Source of the DNA: an uncultured Acidobacteriota bacterium
Lineage (GTDB): Bacteria > Acidobacteriota > Blastocatellia > RBC074
Length of the DNA: 64,000 nucleotides
Direction: 5' to 3'
NCBI GenBank assembly: GCA_963796275.1
Contig: CAWCKY010000001.1
Location: 640,001 to 704,000 of the forward strand
In this document: piece after piece, positions 29,869 through 38,765 of the stretch
Layout: each line of letters begins with the position of its first letter
Numbering within the stretch: position 1 is the stretch's first letter
Notes under the pieces: generated by a model
What the model was told of the DNA's origin: nothing
Databases searched by the model: none
Seen by the model: only the letters and a program-made list of their open reading frames with translations
Program-made: the position numbers and the translations under genes

Positions 29869-31479
29869 ATGAACAAGATTGTCGAATGCGTCCCCAATAT
29901 CAGCGAAGGGCGTGACCAGAAGAAATTGGAGTTGATAGTTTCGGCCATCGCCTCAGTAACCGATGCAATTCTCCTCGATTGCGAGATGGACGGCGATCAT
30001 AACCGTTCAGTGATCACATTTGCCGGAGAACCCGAAGACGTTGTCGAAGCGGCCTTTCGCGCGGCTGCCACCGCAGCGGAGTTGATCGACCTCAACCACC
30101 ATGAGGGAGAACATCCGCGGATGGGCGCACTCGATGTCTTACCCTTCGTGCCGATCGAAGGCGTCACCTTAGATGATTGTATTGCGCTAGCGCGACGCGC
30201 CGGCGAGCGGATCGCGCGTGAATTAAGAATCCCCGTGTATCTTTACGAGTTTGCCGCATTTCGTCCGGAACGCGTCGACCTGGCCGAGGTGCGCCGCGGG
30301 GAATTCGAAGGATTACGCCGGGAGATCGAGACCGATCCCGCGCGCAAACCCGATTTCGGCGAGGCTAAAATTCATCCGACCGCGGGGGCGATGGCGGTCG
30401 GCGCGCGCCTGCCGCTGATCGCATATAACATCAACCTGGCGTCTCAGGACCTATCCATCGCCAAGAAGATCGCGAAGGCTGTCCGCGCTCGGGATGGGGG
30501 GCTACAGAATGTCAAGGCTCTCGGATTTGAGCTAAAAAATCGCGGCCAGATACAGGTCTCTATGAATCTGGTAAAACACCATGAGACGCCCATATTTCGC
30601 GTCTTCGAAATGGTCAGGCGCGAGGCTGAGAGACACGGCGTCTCCATCGCCGGCAGCGAATTTGTAGGGCTCGTGCCGCAGTCGGCGCTCAACGCGTGTA
30701 GCGATTATTATCTGCGGATCGAAAATTTCAGCGAAGACATCATCTTCGAACATCGATTGCAAACCGAACTGGCGAAGCGCGGAAAAAGCATGCGTCCCAT
30801 TCTCCGCGCTGATAACCGGATCGAGCTCGACCAGCTAATGGATGGATTCCCAGCGGGAGCGGATTGTCCTACTATCGATAAATTCGCAGAAGATGTTGCG
30901 CTCGGCACACTTGCGCCTGATGGTGGCGTCGTCGCCACCTACACCGGAGTTCTCGCTGCGTCATTGGCCATCATGGTCTGCAACCTGACGATCGGGCATA
31001 AAGCGGAGGTCGAGAGCGAAGTGCGCGGCGTGCTCTATCAGCTCGAGCGATTGAAAGAAGATTTACGAATGGCCATGAACGAAGAGGATGATGTCGGCGT
31101 TCTCCTCATCGAGGCTATGTCTCTGCCGCGGGACACAGATGCCGAACGTCTGGCGCGCACGACCGCGATCGAAGAGGCAACCAAAAGCGCCGTCGCGGTT
31201 CCGCTGCGCGTGGCGCAAGGGACTATGGAAGTTCTCGAGTTGCTCAGTGAGCTCTCCGAAATCGGAAATCCCAGCGCATTCGCGAATCTCGCTGTCGGCG
31301 CACAGCTCGCTATGTCGGCGATGCGCGGAGCTGCCTATGACATTTTGAGCCAGTTGTTCTCGATCAACGATGAAGAGTTCAACCGGTATCGTCGCGCCGA
31401 TCTAACCGAACTCATCACTCGTGGACAGGAGAGGGCGGACGAGATCGAGGCGCTATTCTTCCGTCTCTATCCTCGATAG
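29869..31479 (+). CDS. ftcd: Glutamate formimidoyltransferase fused to a cyclodeaminase-like domain
   Basis: VECVPNISEGR, DHNRSV, HPRMGALDV, QVSMNL; C-terminal FTCD_C-like helices (AVAVPLRVA, GNPSA). Confidence 0.9.
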   Translation: MNKIVECVPNISEGRDQKKLELIVSAIASVTDAILLDCEMDGDHNRSVITFAGEPEDVVEAAFRAAATAAELIDLNHHEGEHPRMGALDVLPFVPIEGVTLDDCIALARRAGERIARELRIPVYLYEFAAFRPERVDLAEVRRGEFEGLRREIETDPARKPDFGEAKIHPTAGAMAVGARLPLIAYNINLASQDLSIAKKIAKAVRARDGGLQNVKALGFELKNRGQIQVSMNLVKHHETPIFRVFEMVRREAERHGVSIAGSEFVGLVPQSALNACSDYYLRIENFSEDIIFEHRLQTELAKRGKSMRPILRADNRIELDQLMDGFPAGADCPTIDKFAEDVALGTLAPDGGVVATYTGVLAASLAIMVCNLTIGHKAEVESEVRGVLYQLERLKEDLRMAMNEEDDVGVLLIEAMSLPRDTDAERLARTTAIEEATKSAVAVPLRVAQGTMEVLELLSELSEIGNPSAFANLAVGAQLAMSAMRGAAYDILSQLFSINDEEFNRYRRADLTELITRGQERADEIEALFFRLYPR

Positions 31480-31664
31480 AATGCGATACGCAACAAACAC
31501 GCGAAAACAGGGATAGAAGCAAACATTTTTGTCATCTTCACCGCTCGGGCGGAGCGAATCCTGAGACGTCGCAGAGGATATTTTACCTGCGTCTCCATAA
31601 GCATTCTCTACGTCCAGACGGTGGTAACCGCAACTATAAAATTGCAGCTAAACTCAAATATAAG

Positions 31665-33398
31665 ATGAGAACGAACAAGCTGATTGCCATCTCACTGATC
31701 TTCGCCCTGCTGATATCATTAACGTCGATATTTCCCGCAGTGCCATCTGTGCTCTCCGCATCGCGCCCGCCTGTCCGCGGAAAGCATGGGATGGTTGCGT
31801 CAGTCAGCGAAATCGCCTCGCAGATAGGAGTTGACATTTTGAAACGCGGCGGCAATGCGGTGGATGCCGCAGTTGCCGTCGGGCTGGCGCTCGCGGTCGT
31901 GTGGCCTTCGGCGGGCAACCTGGGGGGCGGCGGGTTTATGGTAATCCGACTGGCTGATGGCAAAACGACGGCAATCGATTACCGCGAGATGGCGCCTGCC
32001 GCCGCACATCGAAATGTATATCTTGATGAGAAGGGCAATTACATCAAAGAGTCCTCGACATATGGACATCGTGCTGCCGGCGTTCCCGGCACTGTTGCGG
32101 GTTTCGCTTATGCGCTGGAAAAATACGGAAAGTTGAACTGGTCTGATGTCGCTGAGCCTGCGCGCAAATTGGCTGCCCATGGTTTTCCCGTCTGGTATCA
32201 ACTCGAACGCAGCCTTAAGTCTGCGAGCGAGAGTCTCTCACGGTACCCCGAGACTAAAAGGATTTTCCTGCGAGACGGTATGCCGTACGAGGCGGGCGAG
32301 ATATTCAAACAGCCTGAGCTTGCCTCGGTCTTCGAACGGATGATCAAAGACGGCCCGCGCGAATTTTATCAGGGCGAAACCGCGAAACTCATCGAAGCGA
32401 GCATGATGCGGGCGGGGAACGGAAAACCGTGGATGACCATCGAGGACTTGAAGAATTACAAACCGCTGGAGCGCACACCTCTACGGTCTAAATATCGTGG
32501 CCATGAGATCATCACCATGCCTCCTCCATCCTCAGGCGGCGTCGCGATGATCGAGATGCTAAATATCCTGGAACATTACGACCTGAAATCGATGGGAGCG
32601 GGTTCGTCTAAGGCGATTCACTTGATGGTCGAGGCTATGCGGCGGGCGTTTGCAGACCGCGCCCATTATCTGGGCGATCCCGATTTCGTCAAAGTCCCCG
32701 TCGCCGGACTGACCTCCAGAAAATATGCCGATAAACTAGCTAAGAAAATCGACCTCACGCGCGCATCCGAGTCCCGCAAAATCGAACACGGCGACCCGCT
32801 GCCACACGAGTCCGAAGAAACCACACATTTCACCGTGGTTGATCAGGACGGCAATGTCGTCACCAATACTTACACGATCAATGACAGCTTCGGTAATAAG
32901 ATCACGGTCGAAGGAGCCGGGTTTCTGCTCAACAATGAGATGGATGATTTTGCACCGAAGCCCGGTACGCCCAATTTTTATCGCCTGATCCAGGGCGAGG
33001 CGAATGCCGTCGCCGCCAGTAAACGCCCCCTGTCCTCAATGACGCCAGCCATCGTTTTGAAGGATGATAAAGTCTGGTTTGCGGTAGGCAGCCCCGGCGG
33101 CCCGACAATTATCAATACTGTTACACAAATCATTATCAATATAGTCGATCACGGGATGAATATTCAGCAGGCAATCGATTTCCCCCGCGTCCATCACCAG
33201 TGGATGCCTGATGAAATCAGATTTGAACCCTTCGGCCTCTCTCCCGATACAATCAACAAATTGAAAGGGATAGGCCATAAATTTCAGGATAAACCACGGA
33301 ATATGGGCGATGCTCACGCAATTATGATCGAAGATAAGACGGGAATGCGCCTCGGTGCCAGTGACCCACGCCTCGATGGGCGTTCTATAGGTTATTGA
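31665..33398 (+). CDS. ggt: Gamma-glutamyltransferase
   Basis: GGNAVDAAVA, DYRE, catalytic ETTHF, LNNEMDDF, RPLSSM, GSPGG. Confidence 0.96.
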   Translation: MRTNKLIAISLIFALLISLTSIFPAVPSVLSASRPPVRGKHGMVASVSEIASQIGVDILKRGGNAVDAAVAVGLALAVVWPSAGNLGGGGFMVIRLADGKTTAIDYREMAPAAAHRNVYLDEKGNYIKESSTYGHRAAGVPGTVAGFAYALEKYGKLNWSDVAEPARKLAAHGFPVWYQLERSLKSASESLSRYPETKRIFLRDGMPYEAGEIFKQPELASVFERMIKDGPREFYQGETAKLIEASMMRAGNGKPWMTIEDLKNYKPLERTPLRSKYRGHEIITMPPPSSGGVAMIEMLNILEHYDLKSMGAGSSKAIHLMVEAMRRAFADRAHYLGDPDFVKVPVAGLTSRKYADKLAKKIDLTRASESRKIEHGDPLPHESEETTHFTVVDQDGNVVTNTYTINDSFGNKITVEGAGFLLNNEMDDFAPKPGTPNFYRLIQGEANAVAASKRPLSSMTPAIVLKDDKVWFAVGSPGGPTIINTVTQIIINIVDHGMNIQQAIDFPRVHHQWMPDEIRFEPFGLSPDTINKLKGIGHKFQDKPRNMGDAHAIMIEDKTGMRLGASDPRLDGRSIGY

Positions 33399-33571
33399 TA
33401 ACTAGGGTTTACCTTAGAACTGTGTAAAGAGAAGACAGTATAAAAAATAAACCGAATCGAAATATTGCACCGCAATAAAAATTCCCCGACTGTATCATTT
33501 CAATATAGTCAATTCTAAGTCGAAATAGGATCTATGTGATCCTGATTGGAATGGCATATATACATAGGCGA

Positions 33572-33587
33572 TGGCACAAAGGTTGCT
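33572..33587 (+). promoter_or_regulatory. sigma54 (-24/-12) promoter TGGCAC-AAAGG-TTGCT
   Basis: Exact TGGCAC-N5-TTGCW consensus about 80 bp upstream of the response regulator. Confidence 0.75.
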
Positions 33588-33666
33588 CTTTATATCGCAT
33601 CTAACTCACATTTAGTGAACTTTCAATGATCTATAGGTGAGCGGTCAAATTGGAGGTGTGGGTTAA

Positions 33667-34071
33667 ATGTTAGAGCGAAAATATAAAATATTAGTCGTTG
33701 AAGACGATCAAAATTTAAGAATCACCCTGACCGAATTATTGCGCAGGGAAGGATATGCGGTCGTATCGGCGCGCGATGGCGACGAGGGATATATGCAGGC
33801 TCTGGCACATCTACCCGATCTGATCGTGACCGATTTAAATATGCCGATACTAGATGGCGTCGAGCTGGCGAAGCTAATCCGCCGTGAAAGAGGTAAGTTA
33901 AGCGAGGTGCCTATCATGGCGCTCAGCGCTAACCTCAGTGGATACCATCTACCAGAGCGGATGAATTCGGGCATAGACAGATTTATCGACAAGTCGGTCA
34001 GCGATCGCAACACGCTGATCTCAACAGTCAAGTCAATGCTAGATGAGTCCTCGATGATTTCGATAAATTAA
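33667..34071 (+). CDS. Single-domain response regulator (CheY-like receiver)
   Basis: ILVVEDD, DLIVTDLNMPILDG, ALSA, K; GGAGG RBS. Confidence 0.92.
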   Translation: MLERKYKILVVEDDQNLRITLTELLRREGYAVVSARDGDEGYMQALAHLPDLIVTDLNMPILDGVELAKLIRRERGKLSEVPIMALSANLSGYHLPERMNSGIDRFIDKSVSDRNTLISTVKSMLDESSMISIN

Positions 34072-34089
34072 AAACACAAAAAATCACAT

Positions 34090-34135
34090 AAAAGAGCAAG
34101 AAGGGAGAAAATGGAATTTCCTTTCTTGCTCTTTT
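34090..34135. repeat. Purine/pyrimidine hairpin AAAAGAGCAAGAA / TTCTTGCTCTTTT (possible terminator)
   Basis: Perfect 13-bp arms just after the response regulator stop. Confidence 0.55.
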
Positions 34136-34196
34136 TGTCATTTTTGCGTCCCTTTCGCTTTCCTCTCGCAACCGGCTGTTGGAAACTATCCCAGTC

Positions 34197-34736
34197 ATGT
34201 TCAGCCTCAAAATATCAGATGATCTGGAACTTCTGCTGTTGGAAGAGCGGCATTCCGAAGATTTATTCGATTTGGTCGATAAAAATCGTTCTCCCTTACG
34301 CGAATGGCTTCCGTGGGTAGATACTAACGTCTCGGTAGGTGATACCAGGGGATTTATCAAAAATGCCCGCGATCAGTACGCGTGTAATACCGGTCTGGTC
34401 TCAGGCATCTGGTATCGAAATCGGATTATTGGAGTGATCGGCTTCAACAGCATCGACTGGCAAAATCGGATAGCGCAGATAGGATACTGGCTTGATACCG
34501 GGCAACGGGGGAATGGGTTTGTTACCAGGGCTTGCAGCGCACTTATCGATTATGCGTTCGACGAGCTCGAACTCAATCGCATAGAGATCCATTGCGCAGT
34601 GGGAAACACAAAGAGTCGCGCGATCCCGGAGAGGCTTGGATTTTCGCAGGAAGGACTTGTCCGGCAGGCCGAGTGGCTTTACGACCATTTTGTCGATCAC
34701 GCGATCTACGGAATGCTGGCGAGTGATTGGAATTGA
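34197..34736 (+). CDS. RimL/YdaF-type GNAT N-acetyltransferase
   Basis: LREWLPWV, IGYWL, GNGF, SRAIPERLGF, EG..RQAEWL. Confidence 0.9.
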   Translation: MFSLKISDDLELLLLEERHSEDLFDLVDKNRSPLREWLPWVDTNVSVGDTRGFIKNARDQYACNTGLVSGIWYRNRIIGVIGFNSIDWQNRIAQIGYWLDTGQRGNGFVTRACSALIDYAFDELELNRIEIHCAVGNTKSRAIPERLGFSQEGLVRQAEWLYDHFVDHAIYGMLASDWN

Positions 34737-34797
34737 GCCTTGGGAAATATGTGATCTGACACTCCCGAAAAATACTCAGAAATAGTTTAGAAATGAT

Positions 34798-36117
34798 ATG
34801 TCTACGACCTCAATCCTGCGAACTACTGCTGAACAGATATTTCACCGTACGCTTGCTGCGATCGACGTTGAGCGAGTTATGCTCGGGCAGATCCGGTTAT
34901 CCGGAGACCGGCTCACGGTCGCTGGCGAGGAATGCGACCTGGCGGGATTCACATCTATTCTCGTGATTGCGGTCGGCAAAGCCAGCCTTCCGATGGCGCG
35001 AGCAGTAGAAGCGGTACTGGGAGACCGAATCACCGGAGGTCTGGTGGTCACAAACGCCATCATCGGCAAACCGCCGGATCGCCTGAGCGTCCGGTTAGGC
35101 GGCCATCCTTTACCTGACCCGGGAAGCGTCGAAGCCGCAAAGACGGCGCTCAACCTGCTGCGCGATGCCGACAGCGCGAATACGCTCGTTCTATTTCTGA
35201 TCTCCGGCGGCGGATCCGCGCTTTTCGAAGCACCCATAGATGAACAGATCACGCTCGCGGATATGCAGGCGATCAATCGTGTTCTGGTGGGCTGCGGAGC
35301 AGTGATCGGGGAGGTGAACGTCGCGCGCCGTTTTTTATCGGCAGTCAAAGGTGGCCGGCTTGCTGAGGCTGCCCCGCGCTCGCGTCAGATTTCACTCTAT
35401 ATCTCGGATGTTAATAGCGACGACCTATCGACCGTATCTTCCGGACCGGCAATGCCGAGCACGGTTACAAGGGCCGATTTCGCGCGCATCGTCGCTCGCT
35501 ACGATTTACGGAATAAGTTTCCGGCACGGATAGCACAATTGATCGATTCGCTGCCCGACCTCCCGCGATCCGGAGCGATCGAGCTCCGTTCGCACCATCT
35601 CCTGCTGGACAATGCGAAAGCCTTGCTCGCGGCGAAAACTATAGCCGAGCGCGATTTCGGATGCCTGACTGAGGTTGCGGCAGACCTGGTCGAGAGCGAT
35701 GTGGCGCAGATGGCAGCCTCACACCTCGAGCGTCTCAATTCATTGCGCGCGACGCATAAAGAAAAGACCGTTTGTCTGATCTCAGGAGGTGAAGCCATTT
35801 GCCCGGTGCGCGGCGACGGGCAGGGGGGAAGAAACCAGGAATTTGTCCTGCGAGCAGCGATGGCCCTCGCAAGCGCAAGAATGAGTGAGATCGTCGTTCT
35901 CAGCGCGGGCACCGATGGCATCGATGGCAACAGCCCGGCTGCCGGAGCGATTGCCGATGTGCTCTCAATCGCTCGCGCGCGTGCGCTGAATCTTTCTCCA
36001 GAAGACCATTTGTACCGGAGCGATTCATATAAATTTTTCGATGCTCTGGGGGATGCGATCACCACGGGCCCGACCGGGAACAATGTACGCGATTTAAGAA
36101 TTTTGCTTGCACGCTAA
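34798..36117 (+). CDS. Glycerate 2-kinase (TtuD/MOFRL family)
   Basis: GKAS, GHPLP, LISGGGSAL, GGRNQE, GTDGIDG, TGPTGNNVRD. Confidence 0.92.
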   Translation: MSTTSILRTTAEQIFHRTLAAIDVERVMLGQIRLSGDRLTVAGEECDLAGFTSILVIAVGKASLPMARAVEAVLGDRITGGLVVTNAIIGKPPDRLSVRLGGHPLPDPGSVEAAKTALNLLRDADSANTLVLFLISGGGSALFEAPIDEQITLADMQAINRVLVGCGAVIGEVNVARRFLSAVKGGRLAEAAPRSRQISLYISDVNSDDLSTVSSGPAMPSTVTRADFARIVARYDLRNKFPARIAQLIDSLPDLPRSGAIELRSHHLLLDNAKALLAAKTIAERDFGCLTEVAADLVESDVAQMAASHLERLNSLRATHKEKTVCLISGGEAICPVRGDGQGGRNQEFVLRAAMALASARMSEIVVLSAGTDGIDGNSPAAGAIADVLSIARARALNLSPEDHLYRSDSYKFFDALGDAITTGPTGNNVRDLRILLAR

Positions 36118-36241
36118 CTAACGTGTAGAATGTCGGCCGCTCCATCAGATTCCAAGATTAATCGGATCCACTGGTACAACTAATAATTATGGACGAGCCG
36201 CGAAGTCGAAACTACGGCCTCCCACAAAATAATTGACGAAA

Positions 36242-37660
36242 ATGGCACAACCGATAAGTAAGCAAACAATCGACGATCCTGTTCTATCGGGAAAGAGCGC
36301 TGGAGAGAAAGACCCATACAGGCTTGACCCGGATGATATTGTTGACCCTCCGCGGACGATGGTCAGTTCGCTTAAGCGGATAGGGCCCGGGATGATTCTC
36401 GCCGCATCGATTGTTGGTTCGGGCGAGCTAATCGCCACGACCACGCTCGGCGCGCAGGTAGGCTACACGGCCCTCTGGGTGATCGTGCTGAGCTGTCTAG
36501 TCAAGCCTGTAGTTCAGGCCGAGATGGGGCGTTACATTATAGCGAGCGGAGAGACGGGGCTGGCGAGCTTTAACCGTGTGCCGGGCCCCCGCCTGAAGGT
36601 CAATTGGGTCGTCTGGGCGTGGGCCGCGATGACGTTACTCACGCTTCTCCAGGTCGGCGCGATGTTCGGCGGAGTGGCGCAGGTGATGAATCTGGTGGTG
36701 CCGGCTGTCCCGGTCAATATCTGGGTGCTGATCTTTCTCGGCATCACGCTGGCGCTGCTGCTCGGGGGCGGGTACGAGCGGATCGAGCGGCTGGCTATGA
36801 TCAAGGTAGGATTGTTCACCATGCTCACGTTCCTGGCCGCGCTGCTGCTTATACGGATGCCGGAGTACTTTTCGTGGGCTGAAATTTGGAATGGCTTCAA
36901 ATTCAATATGCCGGGGGCCGGATTCTCGACTGCCGTCGCCGTCTTCGGCATCACGGGGGTGGGGGCCAGCGAATTATTTATGTATCCCTATTGGTGCGTT
37001 GAAAAAGGCTACGCGCGTTTCACCGGGTCCCGGGATGATTCGGAACAGTGGCATGGGCGCGCGCGCGGGTGGATCCGCGTAATGCACCTGGACATCATCG
37101 TATCGATGATGATTTACACCATCGCCACGGTCGCCTTTTATTTGCTGGGAGCCGGCATTCTTCACGGAATGGGTAAAGTCCCCGCTGCGAATGATATGAT
37201 CCCGGTTCTATCGAATATCTATACGCAAACTCTTGGTGAGTGGTCGCTCTGGCTATTTTACGCGGGCGCCATTTTCACGCTCTACGGCACCATCTTCGCC
37301 GCAACCGCAGCTCATTCGCGCCTCTACGCGGATATGTTGCGTCTGATGGGCGCTTTTAAAACGGACGATTACGCGCAGCGATTGCGGTATCGCAATATAT
37401 TTATAGTTTTGCTTACCGTGATACCGGTAACTTTATATTTCCTGGTGCAATCGCCGGTGAAGATGGTAGTGGCGGGAGGGTTGGCGCAGGCGATGATGTT
37501 GCCGATAATCGGTCTCAGCACTCTTTACATGCGCCATCGATATCTGCCGAAATCTATCAAGCCTTCAACTTGGGTGACCATCTGGCTCTGGGTCGCCACC
37601 GCAGTGATAGTCGGGTTAATGGCATATTACCTGAAGGAACAATTAATGAAATTGACATGA
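36242..37660 (+). CDS. NRAMP-family (YcsG-like) membrane transporter
   Basis: GPGMILAASIVGSGEL, FGITGVGASE, YPYWC.EKG; about 11 TM segments. Confidence 0.82.
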   Translation: MAQPISKQTIDDPVLSGKSAGEKDPYRLDPDDIVDPPRTMVSSLKRIGPGMILAASIVGSGELIATTTLGAQVGYTALWVIVLSCLVKPVVQAEMGRYIIASGETGLASFNRVPGPRLKVNWVVWAWAAMTLLTLLQVGAMFGGVAQVMNLVVPAVPVNIWVLIFLGITLALLLGGGYERIERLAMIKVGLFTMLTFLAALLLIRMPEYFSWAEIWNGFKFNMPGAGFSTAVAVFGITGVGASELFMYPYWCVEKGYARFTGSRDDSEQWHGRARGWIRVMHLDIIVSMMIYTIATVAFYLLGAGILHGMGKVPAANDMIPVLSNIYTQTLGEWSLWLFYAGAIFTLYGTIFAATAAHSRLYADMLRLMGAFKTDDYAQRLRYRNIFIVLLTVIPVTLYFLVQSPVKMVVAGGLAQAMMLPIIGLSTLYMRHRYLPKSIKPSTWVTIWLWVATAVIVGLMAYYLKEQLMKLT

Positions 37661-37695
37661 AGTTATTATGCAATTATAGTCCAAAGGTTATACCA
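37652..37695 (+). promoter_or_regulatory. sigma70 promoter TTGACA-N17-TATAGT followed by GntR/FadR-type operator AGGTTATACCA
   Basis: -35 at 37652, -10 at 37675, operator at 37685-37695 over the predicted start site. Confidence 0.7.
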
Positions 37696-37762
37696 AGTTA
37701 CGAGAGTGCGTATACCCGGGACGCCCTTAATCGACCGACCACCTCCGAACTAGACAGGAGGG

Positions 37763-38548
37763 ATGATGGCAAACTATAGCCCAAATCACTTCGGCTCGAG
37801 CATGACGCCAATAGATCGAGCCGGAATCACCGAACTGGTTGTCGAACGCATCAAAGACCTTCTCGCCCGCGGCGAGTTGAAGGCCGGAAGCCGACTTCCG
37901 CCGGAACGAGAGCTGGCTGATATGCTCAGCATCAGCCGTCCTTCGCTACGTACCGCTCTCAAAGCTCTCTCGGTGATGGGCATTATCCATGCCAAACCGG
38001 GCGCCGGAACATACATAGCCGACTCATTGCCCGAGATATTTACCGAGCCGATGCAGTTCATGACGCTCATCAACAACACGAGCATTGAGGAACTGTTCGA
38101 AGCGCGGCGCATCATCGAGGCAGGGCTCGCGGAACTCGCCGCCGAACGCGCTACTGCTGATGACGTTCAGCTATTGAGCAATGAACTCGAGGGCATGCGC
38201 ACGACGATCGACGACCCCGAGAATTTCCTCAAGCACGACGTCCGCTTTCACCAGGCGATGGCGCACATTGCCAATAACAAACTGATGAGTTGTGTCATGG
38301 ATACCATAGCGCAACTGCTCTTTCACATCCGCCGTCAGACGATAGCCAACGCCAGCGATCTGGATGAGGCCATTGATTGGCATCAGAAGATCATCGAAGC
38401 GATCCGTAAACACGACCCGAAGCGCGCCAAAGATATGCTCTCCGGCCATCTGCGCGCAGCACGAGATGCCTGGGTGCGGGATACCAAGGGGGAGGTCGGA
38501 GGGCGAAAGTCTGTAACTGACGCGATCCCAGCCAGACGTCGGAAATAA
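37763..38548 (+). CDS. GntR-family (FadR subfamily) transcriptional regulator
   Basis: RLPPERELA..SISRPSLRTAL wHTH; FCD domain D.RFH..N, HQKII. Confidence 0.93.
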   Translation: MMANYSPNHFGSSMTPIDRAGITELVVERIKDLLARGELKAGSRLPPERELADMLSISRPSLRTALKALSVMGIIHAKPGAGTYIADSLPEIFTEPMQFMTLINNTSIEELFEARRIIEAGLAELAAERATADDVQLLSNELEGMRTTIDDPENFLKHDVRFHQAMAHIANNKLMSCVMDTIAQLLFHIRRQTIANASDLDEAIDWHQKIIEAIRKHDPKRAKDMLSGHLRAARDAWVRDTKGEVGGRKSVTDAIPARRRK

Positions 38549-38558
38549 GAGCCCAAAC

Positions 38559-38758
38559 ACATTTAACATTGAACATTTTAAATTTAACATTTGTCATTGT
38601 AAGAAATTGGATAAACAGGTTCTTTCCACAATGTAAATAGTTTTAGTTTTCAGTTTTGCTTCGGAAGACTATTGGTATTTCGGTCGACTGAAATACTGAA
38701 CAGTTACAAATGTAAAATATAAAATATAAAATATAAAATATAAAATGTTCAATGTTTA
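38559..38758. repeat. Nested inverted heptamer arrays: outer (ACATTTA)-like / (TAAAATA)n, inner (AGTTTTC)-like / ACTGAAA
   Basis: acatttaacattgaacattttaaatttaacatt ... agttttagttttcagtttt ... actgaaatactgaac ... taaaatataaaatataaaatataaaatataaaatgttcaatgtt. Confidence 0.85.
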
Positions 38759-38765
38759 AGGCCTT

